In this document: piece after piece, positions 25,601 through 39,104 of the stretch | Position numbering within the stretch: the first letter of the stretch is position 1 | Layout of the letters: each line of letters begins with the position of its first letter | From: Raillietiella orientalis | Taxonomy: Eukaryota | Assembly: GCA_036172245.1 (NCBI GenBank) | Contig: JAYWIR010000008.1 | Location: 124,001-188,000 of the forward strand | Length of the DNA: 64,000 nucleotides | Direction: 5' to 3' | Program-made: the position numbers and the translations under genes | The notes under the pieces: model-generated | What the model saw: only the letters and a program-made list of their open reading frames with translations | The model's database searches: none | Told to the model about the DNA's origin: nothing

Positions 25601-28600
25601 AGAAGTTACCAGCTGTAAACAACTGGTTTGATCTGTGATCACCTGGCTTATTGCTAAACAAGCTTCCAAAATCTGAAGACCAGCAGAAGCAATTCTGGAT
25701 ACAAATACAAATTAAGCATATCACTCGAAAGAAAACTTCATAATTACATCTCTAATGAAGTGAGACTGGGTGTAGAGCTTTTTCCCTGTTCTTCACTGGT
25801 TGTGTTTAATGCTGTATTCGATTGTGCAGCATCAAGATAATTAACATCTTCATCTTCAGACCATCCAAATAAATCCTTAATATGAAAACGTATCTTAATT
25901 CAATTGATGATGCAACAGTACCTTTGTTTTTCCGTAAACTTTTACTGATTCAACAATTGTGCCACCAGATGAGTCATTTGAAGATCCAAAGGTAATAGTA
26001 ATTTTTTTACTAGCTTGCAGAGACTCTTCTCTAGTAAAAGGAAAATCATACCAACGGCTACGATTGGTATTAACAGGAAGTGAACGTCCAAAAATCTACA
26101 ATTTCTTTGTTTTCAAATCCCTATGAGTCAAGTGATCACCTGAATATAGGTTGGAGATTTGTTGGCATCAAAGCCACCTAATAAGATTCGCAATCCCACA
26201 ATTACAGTAGATGAATCCTGATTCAACACTTCAAGATTAAAAGAACCACTTTTTGTTGATGCAATATACATGTTAGTATTGTTGAGGCGATGTTTGATCT
26301 GCGCTACGTTATACACTTGAAGGAAGTCATTTCCTCCAAATTCAACATCAGTCATTTGCTGGCATGATTCAAAGAAGTCTGCTGCAAATGATAGATTGCC
26401 AGCTGAAGAGACTAGAAGTAACTAAATAATGATCACAAAGGTTCCAAATGCAAACCTCTCTGTTTGATAGTTCTGCTGCTTTTTTTCTTTTGAGAATACT
26501 GCTGCAATGAATGAATTATTGGAGGATATGCTTGGAGCGTAGGAGCCAACCAATAACCTATAAAGCACAGTACAAACACCATTCCACATTCATTAATGCT
26601 TTTTAATCCTACCGGATTGTTCAGCTGGAGCTTGGTAAACTCTCAAAGATCCATCTTCACAAAGGAGGATAAGAGTAGTTTTATGAGAATTGCAACTGTG
26701 GTCATTTAAAGCTAAGTGTCTCAAAGCAACCATGTCCATGATTTTAGATTTCGTTGAAACTTTAAGTTCTTGCACAAGCACGATATCCGGTTTGAGAAAT
26801 AAGATGACGGGATTATTGGTTGCTTGTTGCATACAAGTAATAAGTCCAGGGTGCCCCAAAACTTCAGACCACTGACAAAGTGGCTGTGAACTTAGTTTAC
26901 TTGAGCCATTTCCTGATTTAATCTATATTGTCTTTTGTAGAACACTGCACTATAATTTTAAAAGTCACCTGAATGAGAAACAGTTTCTCAAGTGTCATAT
27001 CCAATTCTAAATCTTGCAGTGGAGCAAAAAAACTTTTGCCTATACTGTAACTAAAAAACAGCAGCTGCAACACATGTGAATAATAAATGGATATACCACC
27101 TCCATTCAAAATACCCATATTTTCCTATAAATGAAACTCGAAATGCTTGCAATAACAGGGGCGATAAACTCACCTTTACTTCTGCATGACAGATGTCCAA
27201 GGTATTAGTTACATAAAAAGGTCCATGCTGTGCAGAACTTTCCTCACTTAGAGGCTGCATGTAAATGTATCCTGATAGACTCATAAGAAGCATGTAGGCA
27301 ACACCTTCCTCAGGAATGAAAAATGTACAATCTCGTATTTTCCCCGTTGGTAACAAAAAAAAATACTGCGGACTAACTGCATCCTTTGCTAAATCATAGA
27401 TTTTAACAAAATCCGCTGTAATTAAAGCTAAACATGATTGAGATCCAGGTAGCCAAATGGCTCGAATAATAAAATTTCCAGTTTCTAATTGAGGATGTAA
27501 GAACAGAAATTCAGTGACTGTTCCCAAATTGGAAAATGTCAAAACATGACAGTCCTGACGTTTTCACACTATAATTTATAATTAATGTCCCTTACTAACC
27601 TTTAAACCTGTAACTGCCAAAAAGCTGTCATTGCAAGGATTTGGAGAAAGAGAAAGAACCGTGAAAGGTATGTGAGTTGATGAAAGACGACTAAGTGTTA
27701 ATTTGCGCTGTGAAGAGCTTGCTTGTTTCAGCAAAGAACTGAGTAACAAAAGGGTGATTTTACCCTTCTCATGGCTCACAACTAAAGGAAAACTTGCAGT
27801 TATTTCAATTTAGTATTTTGTGTACCTAAATGTTGTTTTCTTCCATGATGGGAAACTAGGCAACACATAGCGACTCTATGAATCTGATGACCACTTAATA
27901 ACTGACGGATAGTTTGACCATGATCACCAGAATAATTCATCTTCACACTCTCAAATGCGCCTTCTTGTGATCCTAACGTAGGTACCTATAAATAGGTATA
28001 GGACACATAACAAAACACAAACTTAATTACCATCAGTTGATCTACAAACACAAAGCTTTTTTCCAGACTATGCAACTGTAGAATAGCTTCTTTAGCTCGT
28101 ACCGAAGCTCCAACTGTAGAACCTCTTTTACATCCTAGTTCTATTGCTGGAAGAAGTGCTTGAAGCAAGCGCAGGGTAATAGAAAACAAATGCTCCTCAT
28201 GAATCTGTTCTTGAAAATCACTCATAAATTTTGCTAAAAAAAACAAACAAAAAAAAAGAAGATATAGTGCACAATACTATAACAATAAATGAAAGAGAAG
28301 ATACACATTTGCTATCATGATAAGTTGCAAAACATGAATTACCTAATTTTCTCAGAAGATTTTTTTTTTTAATATCTTTTAACTCTTTCTTGGCTTCCAT
28401 TTTTTGTGTTTCGGGGACTGAGATCTCTTTCTTATTTGATGATTCCGATATACCCTCGGAAAGGGAAGAAACATTAAAAGTATTTGATTGCAAAGGATCA
28501 TCACTCATTGGCTGGCGTTTTACTAATGCTTGACATGAACCGTCTTCTTTTGCACCACAATCACAGAAAAAACTCCCAAATTTTGCATATGTAACATCGT

Positions 28601-31600
28601 GATTTTTATGACACACTCTGGCACAAATGGAGCACACCCCAACCCCATCGATCATGTTGCATGTATGGCAATGATACCAATGTTGACTCATGAATTCCTT
28701 TTGGGTGACCGTAAAGGTGCACAGTTTATTGCACAAACTATCCTCATCCTGTGTAATTTTTCTTCAAGGAAAGATTCTCAAAGAAATTTTACCTACAGAT
28801 TCATCAACACCACTCTCCTCTTCCTCTACTTCTTCAAATAGATCGGAATCCAAATCAACATAAGGTTCAATTTCATTAGGTGGAGACACAGATTCTTTAA
28901 GCTGTTTGCATTGATTGTTTCCATTTTCCTTTAAGATGGATAATATAAAAGCTATGTACTGCAGCAATTGGCTGCAGGAATCCAGCATATAATGATGACA
29001 ACCAGATGTAACACCACCTTCCAATTTTTCAACAACAGCTCTTTGTGAAAGATACTTCTTGCTGCAGTAGTCAGTGTCCATAAATCTGCTTTTCGTGAAG
29101 CATGCAACTTACCAGATTTCCAACCATTTGATGGAAGCTTTAAAGAGAAGTAAATGACCTAAGCCTAGTCCAACTTCAGCAAGCTCGGTCATTATCAACA
29201 TGAGCTCCGAGAAACCTAATCCTTCAGAAACTGATGAGAGCATCTTCAATCCCATTGGGATAATAGCATCCAATAAAGCTTTGGCCACACTTTCATCAAT
29301 CCATACACTTTCCTTCACTATAGAAGAAACCAAAGACTGCAGCAAAGAGTGACACTTGATTTTGTCTTGTCCTTCTGACTGATTGGAAATCGTAATAATA
29401 TGGTTCAACCACTTTTGTAAAGTGTTCAACTCAACACAACGTAGATCTGACAAAGACCGACATAATTTCTCAAGATGAATATCAGTGTGAAGTTTTTCTG
29501 CTGCATTGTTTTGAATTGGGATGAGCTAAGCATAACACATTTCACACTTACCTGTCTGAAGTAATTTATTGAAAAAGCTCAAAACTAATGTACAGTATTC
29601 AGCGGACAATTTTGGTGATGCTACTGATAAGAGCAGTTTTGTAAGATCGGAAGTTTCCGAGGTTCCGTAAACCTCTGCTAAAGCCTGTTTGCCAGCTGAA
29701 TAGTCAAGCAGATTTTCATAAAACTTGATACATTCATGAAATATTCTCTCATCCAGACAACTAAACACATCATGTAGCAAATGCAGATATACAATGAAAA
29801 ACATACCAGTCATCAGAGACATGCTGTAACAGCTGGCATCCCATATGCACAAAATGAGAATATACAAAATACTGAAATTCCTGTGTTTCAGCGTTACCAA
29901 TTAAATTTTCTACAGTAGCAATAAGAAAGTCTGCAATATTTTCCATTGTGACATCCAAAAGCAATGGAACAAATGTTTTAGCCAACATCATTTTCCATGC
30001 AGAATTGTCTGACCACCTTGAAAAATAATCAAATATGATAAAATATTCACATGCAACATGGACTAACGTGGTGAGGTCAATTGCAAAATGCACCAAAGAA
30101 TTGAGCAGATGCCACAAAGATGGTCCCAATGACAGAGTTGGTCCACTGGATAATATTGAAAGATGAGAAAACAACACTGCACACATATAGCTTTCCGAGG
30201 GAACTAAATCTCCTGCATAACAATTTTTCTAGAATAATGCTGATATCAATTCAACTGTAACCAAACATATTAAACCAAAAGTTTATATTGATTATATTTG
30301 AAAGTAGGAAACAAAGCCACTGTTGCAAAATGAAGAGTATACCAAGTTTATTAAAATGTAGAGAAAGAGAAACAGAGACAGAAAACAATCATCACACATA
30401 CCCAATCACCCTTTGCAGGGAACTCAATCCCTTGTATTGCATTCCAATGGTCCAGCTGACTTTGCAGCTCTGATGGAAGTAATGATGAAACTGCCATTGC
30501 AAATGAATTAGTTTTGCTGGACTTGGAGGACAGGATTGACATGCAGTAAATCATTGTCTCTTGGGACTTTTCATTGAATGGCACAGAACTTGTGTAGTTA
30601 GTTAAATGGATAATGTTCCATCGTATGCAGAAATGCACGACATGAATTAAGCGCAAAACAAAAGGTAGTAAATCATTAAATAAGGTAAGAGGCTGTGTCA
30701 TGTATTCATCAAAAGATGCTTGAAGTTTGGCCAAAATAGCATCTAGGCAGTAGATGTCACAAAAAGATGGCAAGCTATCAACTGACACATATCCACCTGC
30801 AAGTGTGAATGCCAATTGCAAATTGATAGATTGATTGCAAAATTTCATTTCTGTCAAAAAGAAACCTTACCCACAAACTGCTCCAACTCCAGAAATACTA
30901 AGGCGCTTTTTTGAAAAGCAGACAGCTCAAAACCGATCGTGCATTTAGTCTCATCAGTGAAAATTTCATCTACTTTTTCTGACATTCCTTGTTTCACGAA
31001 AGCTTCCTAAACATGTAATGGAAGCATGTAATGGAAACACAAGAAAAAGCCCACCTTTATCCAGCTAGAATAGGATTTTTTAACCATGCGACTATAATAA
31101 ATAAGGGAATGAAGCAATTTGTGTCCACTTAGAGTTTCATCAGACTTAGTGATGCTACTTAAATATTCAAAAGAAGGAGGAAGCATCAACAGAAGCCTGA
31201 AATTCACATTATTGCAAAGTTAACAGTAGCTGAAACCTTCAATTTTACCTCCAACAAATAGTAAAACAATATTGAATGGCACAAAAACCAGTATAAGACA
31301 GTGTGTCATTAGTTCTCTGTCCCATGGCATTGCATTGTTGGCCGACATCTAGTATTGTGAGAAGCGCATCATATAATGAGTGATAGGGCAGGTGGTCAGG
31401 AGTGGCATGCATTATAAAGCTGGAAGCCTTTTCCCCACATAATCCTTATGAATTACTTTGGTTAACAAAAGTATACTAACCAATCCATCCAGTTTAGGAA
31501 CAACATCCGAGCTACTTGACTCAGTGGAACACAGACTATAAAACTTGGCTTTTACACTCAAGTCATCCACTAACCCGAGCTTTTGGAAATTTGTTTCAAT

Positions 31601-34600
31601 TTCCTTAAATCGAAAGTACTTTTTGTCTATTGTTATTGATGTGCTTCTTTCAGTACAGGTTTTGCTTAAGTGGAAAAGATTCCACTGAATCTATATTATA
31701 ACAAACAGATCACACCATGTTCAAAATACAAAAGACGTACATGTTCAAAGAGTTCAGAAGGAGCATCATACAAATGTTTCAACAAATACTCTAATATAAG
31801 AAGGATTCGTGCAAGATGCAAAATTTGTGATTCTTTTAAAATATCACCACAACAAAATACTTGAGATGCATGAATTAACTCTGAATCACAACTTAGTAAA
31901 ACAATTTTTTTATTAAGTAAAGTCAGTGAATGGAATAAAAACAAAAGTAACTGCACATGTTCAACATTCAGATCTGAAAAATAAAGATTTCTGATTACAT
32001 CAGATTACTCACAACTGTTTACCTTCTCTGTCATAATCTGATGATGAAGGATTTAAAATTGCTTTTGACAAGGAAGAAAGAACTAATTTCCAGATATGTA
32101 TAATAACTTTTTCCGTTTTCATTCCAAGTTCATTTTTTTCTGTCTTGTGTGAGAAAAGCAACTAAAAGAAACAGTCAACATTGTTTATTTGTAAACATAA
32201 ACAATGCGATCAAATTTTTTTAATCAAAGAAATTTGTTCCTTAAGCATTTATTGGAGATACAATTTAGAAATAATTAAAATAATATTAAACATTAAACGA
32301 AACATCCGTTAATTATCTATTATATCCTTTATATTTCATCAGTATCTTACATGTGCTAATACAGCCAGAGTTCGGGGATAAATTTGTAGTGGCCACTCTT
32401 GGGCTTCAAATGGATTGACATCTAGATGTGAAAGCAAAACTTCCTGAAGACTTTTATTTAGTATTCCTGTCACCATAATGTTGTGAGTGTAAGTTTCTAG
32501 GGATTTGGAAAATCCTGAGTACAGATCAATAACTTTGGGGTTTGAGTATGCAGCAATAGATCCTAAAATGAACCAATACTTTTCAAGACATAAAGCATGA
32601 ATTACTACAAAATACCTATATCTGCTCGAGCGATTTCTCTATCCAAATCGCGGATAATAGCAGCCAGCATCATCATCTGAATCTCACCTAAGCATTGCAT
32701 GAATTTTTTGATGTATGGATTCTCTGATGTCACCAAGAAGGAGTTCATAAAGGCAAATATTTCAGTTGCAAGCCTAATGTACTGTAATGGCAATTTAAAA
32801 TTAATATTATTGGATCAAGTTTCTTACAGCATCTGGTTCTCCTTTTTCAGGAACAACAATAGTTCTGCATTCACTGTTTGTTGCAAGTTTCCTATCATCA
32901 GTATTAGGGTCTGTACTAATTGCAGGTACTAAAGTATCCTCAGGTAAAATTAACGTCTCCTCAAACCACTGACCAAGCAGAGGTTCGCTGTCTTCATCTA
33001 TTACATGTAAATTAATTTTAAACACAAAAGCATTCTATAAATTCTCAGTTGCACACTGAAAATTTTGGGGCGAGACTATGAGACATCATTTACATTATAG
33101 GAGTGGCATTTTTTGATTTTGTGTCATATACTCCAAATAGCATGCAAATACTCCTGAAATCGAATGTTGAAAATACTGTATACAGCTCAATTAATTTTTC
33201 CACGACCAAAATGAATGTGGGGTACAAAATTTTTCAGGTTTATCCCTTGAAACACCACTTAGCATTCTAAACTGCTATTCCCCAATTGACATGCATACAA
33301 TGTTGTAAACAGTTATGAAAATGTAAGGAAATATTTTTTGTTCGTTTGGTATCTTAATCAGGTTTATTAAGGATTAAGGACTTTTCAATCTTCCGAGCAA
33401 AAAAAAAAAATTTCATTATACAGTCCAAATTTACATGTGAGATTCTGAGCACCCAACTGTGGCAAAAATTTGAATAAAAAGTTCAAATTGTCATTTAAAC
33501 CATAACAGATCACTGACTAGGAGAGAAAAATACAGGTAATGCCATGCAGAGAGAGAGAGGGAGAAGAAAGGAAAAAGATAAACATGAGAGTGGAGTAGAT
33601 AAGGTAATGAACACATTATCTACAATTTCCATGATAATTCACAGAAACACTCAGATAAGTACCTACAATAACATTAAACAACACATCTCTTGCAAGCTAC
33701 CTGCACTTCAAAAAAAGCATACAAATCAATTATCAAAGGCACATTACATATTCTATACCTATACATTTACTCTGTTTTGTTTTGTTTTTAAATAAAACAA
33801 AACAAGAACAAAAAAATAGTTAACACAGAAGATAGAAAGATTCTTCAATTGTAAAGTAAAAGTATTCAATGCAACAAATGCTCAGTTCCAAAGAATGATA
33901 CAACATTAACAAAAAAAGGAAGTAAATGAAGTGACTGAGGATTTGGGATTAATGATGGAGAATAACATACAAAATCACCTCTTGAATAAAATTGAACTCC
34001 CTTGGAACCAATGAAGTGTGTCCAAATAATTAGAATTGAAGACTTGCAAAGATTTTTAAGGAGTAAACAGAAACAGTCATGTTCAAACTTTCCCACAAAG
34101 CAGAATTACACAAACTCTGATTTTTGACAGAAACCTTATGCCCTCTCACACTAACAAATGCCATAACAGCTGAATGTCAACTACAAAAACATAAGCATAT
34201 AACTTCTATGCAATGAAAAGCCCTTTTCTCAGAATGCACATGAATATTTTTTCTACTGACCTTCTTGTGAGCTCCCACCAAAAAAACTAAATTCCTCTTC
34301 ATTATAAGTATCAGATTCAGACATTGCAAGAATGTCATCTGATCTGCAATCAATTTGATTATTTTCACATGATCTATCAGCTTCACTTTTTTTGTGCATG
34401 CGATTCAAGGTATAGGCCTAAACATTCCTTTACAATAATCATCGAAAAACCAACTTACTTTTCTGTAGCTTATAGTAGCTATCAAATAAAAAAGAAGGTT
34501 CAGAGGTACACTTTGAACAATACGATGAATACGCTGTTGGGCTGTGACAGTAGCATGAATATCTAGACTGGCTGATTCAACATCAATGCCCGAGATGTAC

Positions 34601-37600
34601 TCTGTTTGTAAATCTTTCAGCATATATGTTAAGTAAGTGATGGCTTGTTTAGCTAACACTACACATTGCACTCCAAAAGACTGATGGCTACAAATTAAAG
34701 ATATAATGAGACACTCAATTTCAAGTTTATAAAAATATGTGAGATATTTCTAGTTATCTTTAAAAACAGTTTTTTTCATACTTTTATCGTATTCCAACTG
34801 TAAGTATTCTGCTATTACGCATCTCAGGTTTTAATAATAGCACTTTAAGGTAGCAATTAAATTGGGAATAATTTGATGATTTTATGAATCATACAGTATT
34901 CTTTAGAGTCATAAAAAATGGAATATTTTATTCAAATTTTTGTAGAAGGGATGTCACACAGATGAAGGAGAAAGTTACCACCCTTCATCTGTTTAAATCC
35001 CCAATCTTCTTTGACTGTCTCCGTTTCAACTGGCTTAAAAATGAAATATGAAATCACATACAGAAGTTCAGTTGCACTTCAATCTTTGATTGAAAAGCGT
35101 AACTGCTTAATACCTAGATTCACTTTACAACGTATTGTACACAAGTATAATGCAATTATGCTTGCAGAAAAAAGCAACAAAAGCTTGTCCAGCATTTACT
35201 AAGGCAAGCAAAATTTCGTCATATTATCAGTGTTCAACCATTTCTTTTACAATTTAAATACTCTGATATATTGTTGAGTCCTCTCACCAATGCAATACTG
35301 TAAACAACTGTCTAAATTATGCCTCCGTCAATTTTAGTGGAAGAAAAATAATAATACAGAACTAAAAATGCATCAAAAAATTGGAACCAAAAACAAATAC
35401 TGTAGTAGTAATGCTAATCTTGATCTTGATCTTATATGTTAACATTTTAAAACTACTAAATTACTAACGTGACCACTGCAATGTCCCAGTAAAACTGGAA
35501 AAAAGTTGGCACATTATTTGAGTATGTCACACAAGAGTATTCATGTTGAAACTTCACAGGGATGAAATATTGAAACACAATTATTGTTATCATTATATAC
35601 AATTCAAAACTACAGTCATTTACATTTTCTATAGAAGCTATAATCTTTGATGAATAAGTATCCTGTCTAATTATATCCTTGATTCATTTCCCATAGTTCT
35701 TGTCATGACTAGATATCAAATTTCTAACAATGCACTAATATCAATCGACACTGTTGAAGCATCATTAACATTTTATTGATCTATTAAATACATCATTCTG
35801 AATGCAAAAACAAAAAACCAAGCATACCAATCACAAATTACAACTTACACTTTGTTCAAATTCAGTTTTCCAGGGAAACATTCAGGATACTTGTGTTTTA
35901 CTCGATCATTGTCTTTCTTCTCAGAACTAGCAGATGTAACCATGATTATGAAATTAACTTTACTTGAAATCTGTTCTGCAATTTTATTCTTATTTCTGTC
36001 GTTTTCTTTACGTTCAGAACTAATTCCGGACAGAAGGACAATATTCTGTATTCCAGTTAATAGTGTCCATGCCACAAGCATGTAAAAGTTATGCATTATC
36101 TAAAAACATTAAGATGAGTGGCTATACGAATACATCATTTCCCTTACTGTTCCACCTGCACGGCTGGATTGTTTGATTAAAAGAGCAATCTTATCAACAC
36201 TCTCTAAAGCTAATTCAACAATACCATTAACATAGTTTTCCATATCTTCATCTTTACTACTGTTTTTTGATGAAAGATTAGAATTCCCTGGGGAAATCCC
36301 AATCACACTAGTAACCATTACTGCTGAAACTAAGCAACTCATGCTAAGTGTAACAAGCCAGTCAAGTTTTTCTGCTGTTAATGGTTCCAAAACAGGCAAA
36401 GATAAAAAATCACATATTAATTGCAATTCTAAAAACAGTGACTGAAAACTTTTAGAGTTTATTGCAGTATTCCATCTAACTATAATTCTTACTTTGACTT
36501 GATTGCAATCATATCAGTGTGGTTCAGCTGACCGCTGAATTCCTCACTTGCATGGATTTCTTTCCATGCATCAATGAAGCGTTGCAGGTGAGGTAATTTC
36601 AAACAGAACTGCAAAGTGATTTCTCCAGCTTTTAGTTCCATCAATGACATTTGATTTTTATAAATAAATAACAAAGTGGCTTCGTTCATTTCATTCTGTT
36701 TCAAGTTGATTGGATTGATTTCTAAGAAATGATCTTCTTTTAACATGTTTAGATGTTCCAGAATTGGCATACTGGGCTTTGCCCGAATCTTCTTCATTGT
36801 CTCTTTTGGAGATGCTGCAGAGTCTTTCTCTAATATTTTGAAGACAAAGAACTAATGAATCATGGTATATTACACAATGCATACACAAAGCTATGCTTTA
36901 GAAACAATAATTCAATCTATCTAATCAAAATCTGTTGTCATTCAAAGGCTGCTTTCATACTCTTATCTAAAATGATTATTTAAATACTGTGTGTACACTC
37001 CATTAATTATCTAAACCCCTTAATACAAAAAAACAGAAACCTGCATGGACCCGGACTGAAATTAAGCATACAGACTACAAGAAAACATTTTAACATTTTA
37101 AATAATGCTAGAAACTGGCAATATTTGCTGTAGATTTATACAAAGTATTGTGACCTGAATGCCAACACATACAAACGATGAAATACACATTAATGATACA
37201 AAAGAACAGATCAATAAATCTATCCACAAAACCTGCTTACAAGTACAACATGGAAGAATCAAAGTCAAGTAAAATTGAACTTTTATGCAGGAATTAATAT
37301 AAAGGCAAGAATAAAAAGTTGATTACTGTGAGATAAAAAAGGTTGGTAAGAAAAATCAAAACCAAATCTTTAATATCAGCTTGAATTACAACAAAAATAT
37401 TATCATGGTTTGACTACCTATGAAAGCATATCAGAAGATTAAATAAGAGTTTTTCTTGCTCTTGCTCGAATCCCCTCTCAAATAAAATAGAAAAAAATTC
37501 ACCACTGGAACAAAGATTTAAGACATGCAATAGATTTGGTGACTTCCTTTAATTAAAGACCCGCATTCCGCGGATATTCTAGAAGTATGTGAGACAAAAC

Positions 37601-39104
37601 ATTGGTGATGTCTGCATGTGAGTTCTGAAATTTTCAAAAATTGATCTCCCAATTAAATAATACAACCCATAACGGCTGTTGACTGTAATGCTTTTGTTCT
37701 TCATCACTTCAAAACAAACCTTTCATTTATTTGCAAAAATTTTCACAACCACCAATGACTGTTTATTCATAAATACCATATATTTCACTTTCTAATGAAA
37801 GTTGGAAAGATCAAACAAGTGAAGGCATTTAAATTTTATCTGAGAAGAATGCAATTTCTGTGTAGGAAATGAATTTTTTTTAAGTGCATGAAATTTAATT
37901 GGATGAATACTCTATGGAAAATAGACATTTGAATGAAGCACAAAAGAGTTCCTATTGTAAGACTCAAAAAAATGTTTTGATCTTCTAAAAATAAACAAAT
38001 GAAAGCCAGCATTAATAGATTTCAATTTTTGAAACAGCCACATATCCTAAATAATACTGTTGATGAAGTTGTATTAAATTAGGTATCATTTCATTTGCAT
38101 TAAGCATTATTCGATGCAGGAATTTCATTATTCCTGCAGACACTGTTTGTTTAAAAAACAGGCATTCCGGAAAAACTTCCGATTCATTCTCCACATTCTT
38201 ATAATGTATTACAGTGTACTGCGAATCAGTTCCAAAACTAAAAGCAAGTTACAACAATCTTGACTTAATCTTGCTATGTAAAAACTAAAGTTGAAATACA
38301 TCAAAAAATTGGTGCAAGAACATTTTTAAATCTATTCTGACCACACTTTTGATAACAATTATTACTGGCAACAATAATGAATTACTATTCAGAACACATA
38401 TTTGGCATATCAAAAACAATTACCTGATGTTTTTATGTGCAATGGAAGTTTACTAGCTTTAAGCAGAGCACATAAGGTAACTTGATCATCCTTTTTGAGT
38501 ACACTATAACCTTGGCATAATGCTTTTAATGAGTCCAATATCTGTTTTGGAGTATGAGAAGCATTATCATTCCAGCTGTTTAGTTTTGACAGCAAATATG
38601 ACATTAGGATGTGGCATCCCTGACATACTTGTTGCACCTGAGAAAGGTTCACTGAAACAAACAGATGAAACAATTCAATTTACAAACTGGATGACAGTTT
38701 GAAGTTCAAAACAACTCAAACAAATTAAAATGTTCCCAACCAAATGTTCGGAAACCAAAAAGATAAAATTACTTCTTTACAATATGAAAACAATTACTCA
38801 CACTGGGAGACTATATCACTGATGTGATGAATGGCTAGAATAGCAAGTGAGGCATAAAATGACTCATAAGCATCATCATGATTTAAGATTTCACTTTTAC
38901 TAGAAAAATAAAATGCTATTAATACCAATGTTACATGCAGAAGCAATACTGCAATAATTTACAGTAGCAAAGAACAAGTGTGCACTACCTTTTTATAATA
39001 GCTCCAATGAATTCATCAACATCATTTTTATTAAATGGTCCATATGAGGCTGCCAAAATGGGTTTTACTATTGAGGACCACTCTATGCTACCAGAACAGG
39101 TCAT
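16685..39104 (-). CDS. UBR4: E3 ubiquitin-protein ligase UBR4 (p600 / purity of essence), about 63 exons, roughly 5000 aa
   Basis: Starts at the ATG at 39104 ([24 protein letters not shown]...[14 protein letters not shown], like the UBR4 N-terminus). Traced in frame through about 62 GT-AG introns. Landmarks: [30 protein letters not shown], the UBR box (28.5-28.7 kb), [26 protein letters not shown], the Cys-rich [64 protein letters not shown], and the terminal exon 18280-16685 with CVICREGY...[10 protein letters not shown] and [16 protein letters not shown] few internal splice sites are tentative. Confidence 0.95.
28490..28736 (-). other. UBR-box zinc finger coding region of UBR4
   Basis: [67 protein letters not shown] is the UBR-type N-recognin zinc finger pattern. 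Confidence 0.9.
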
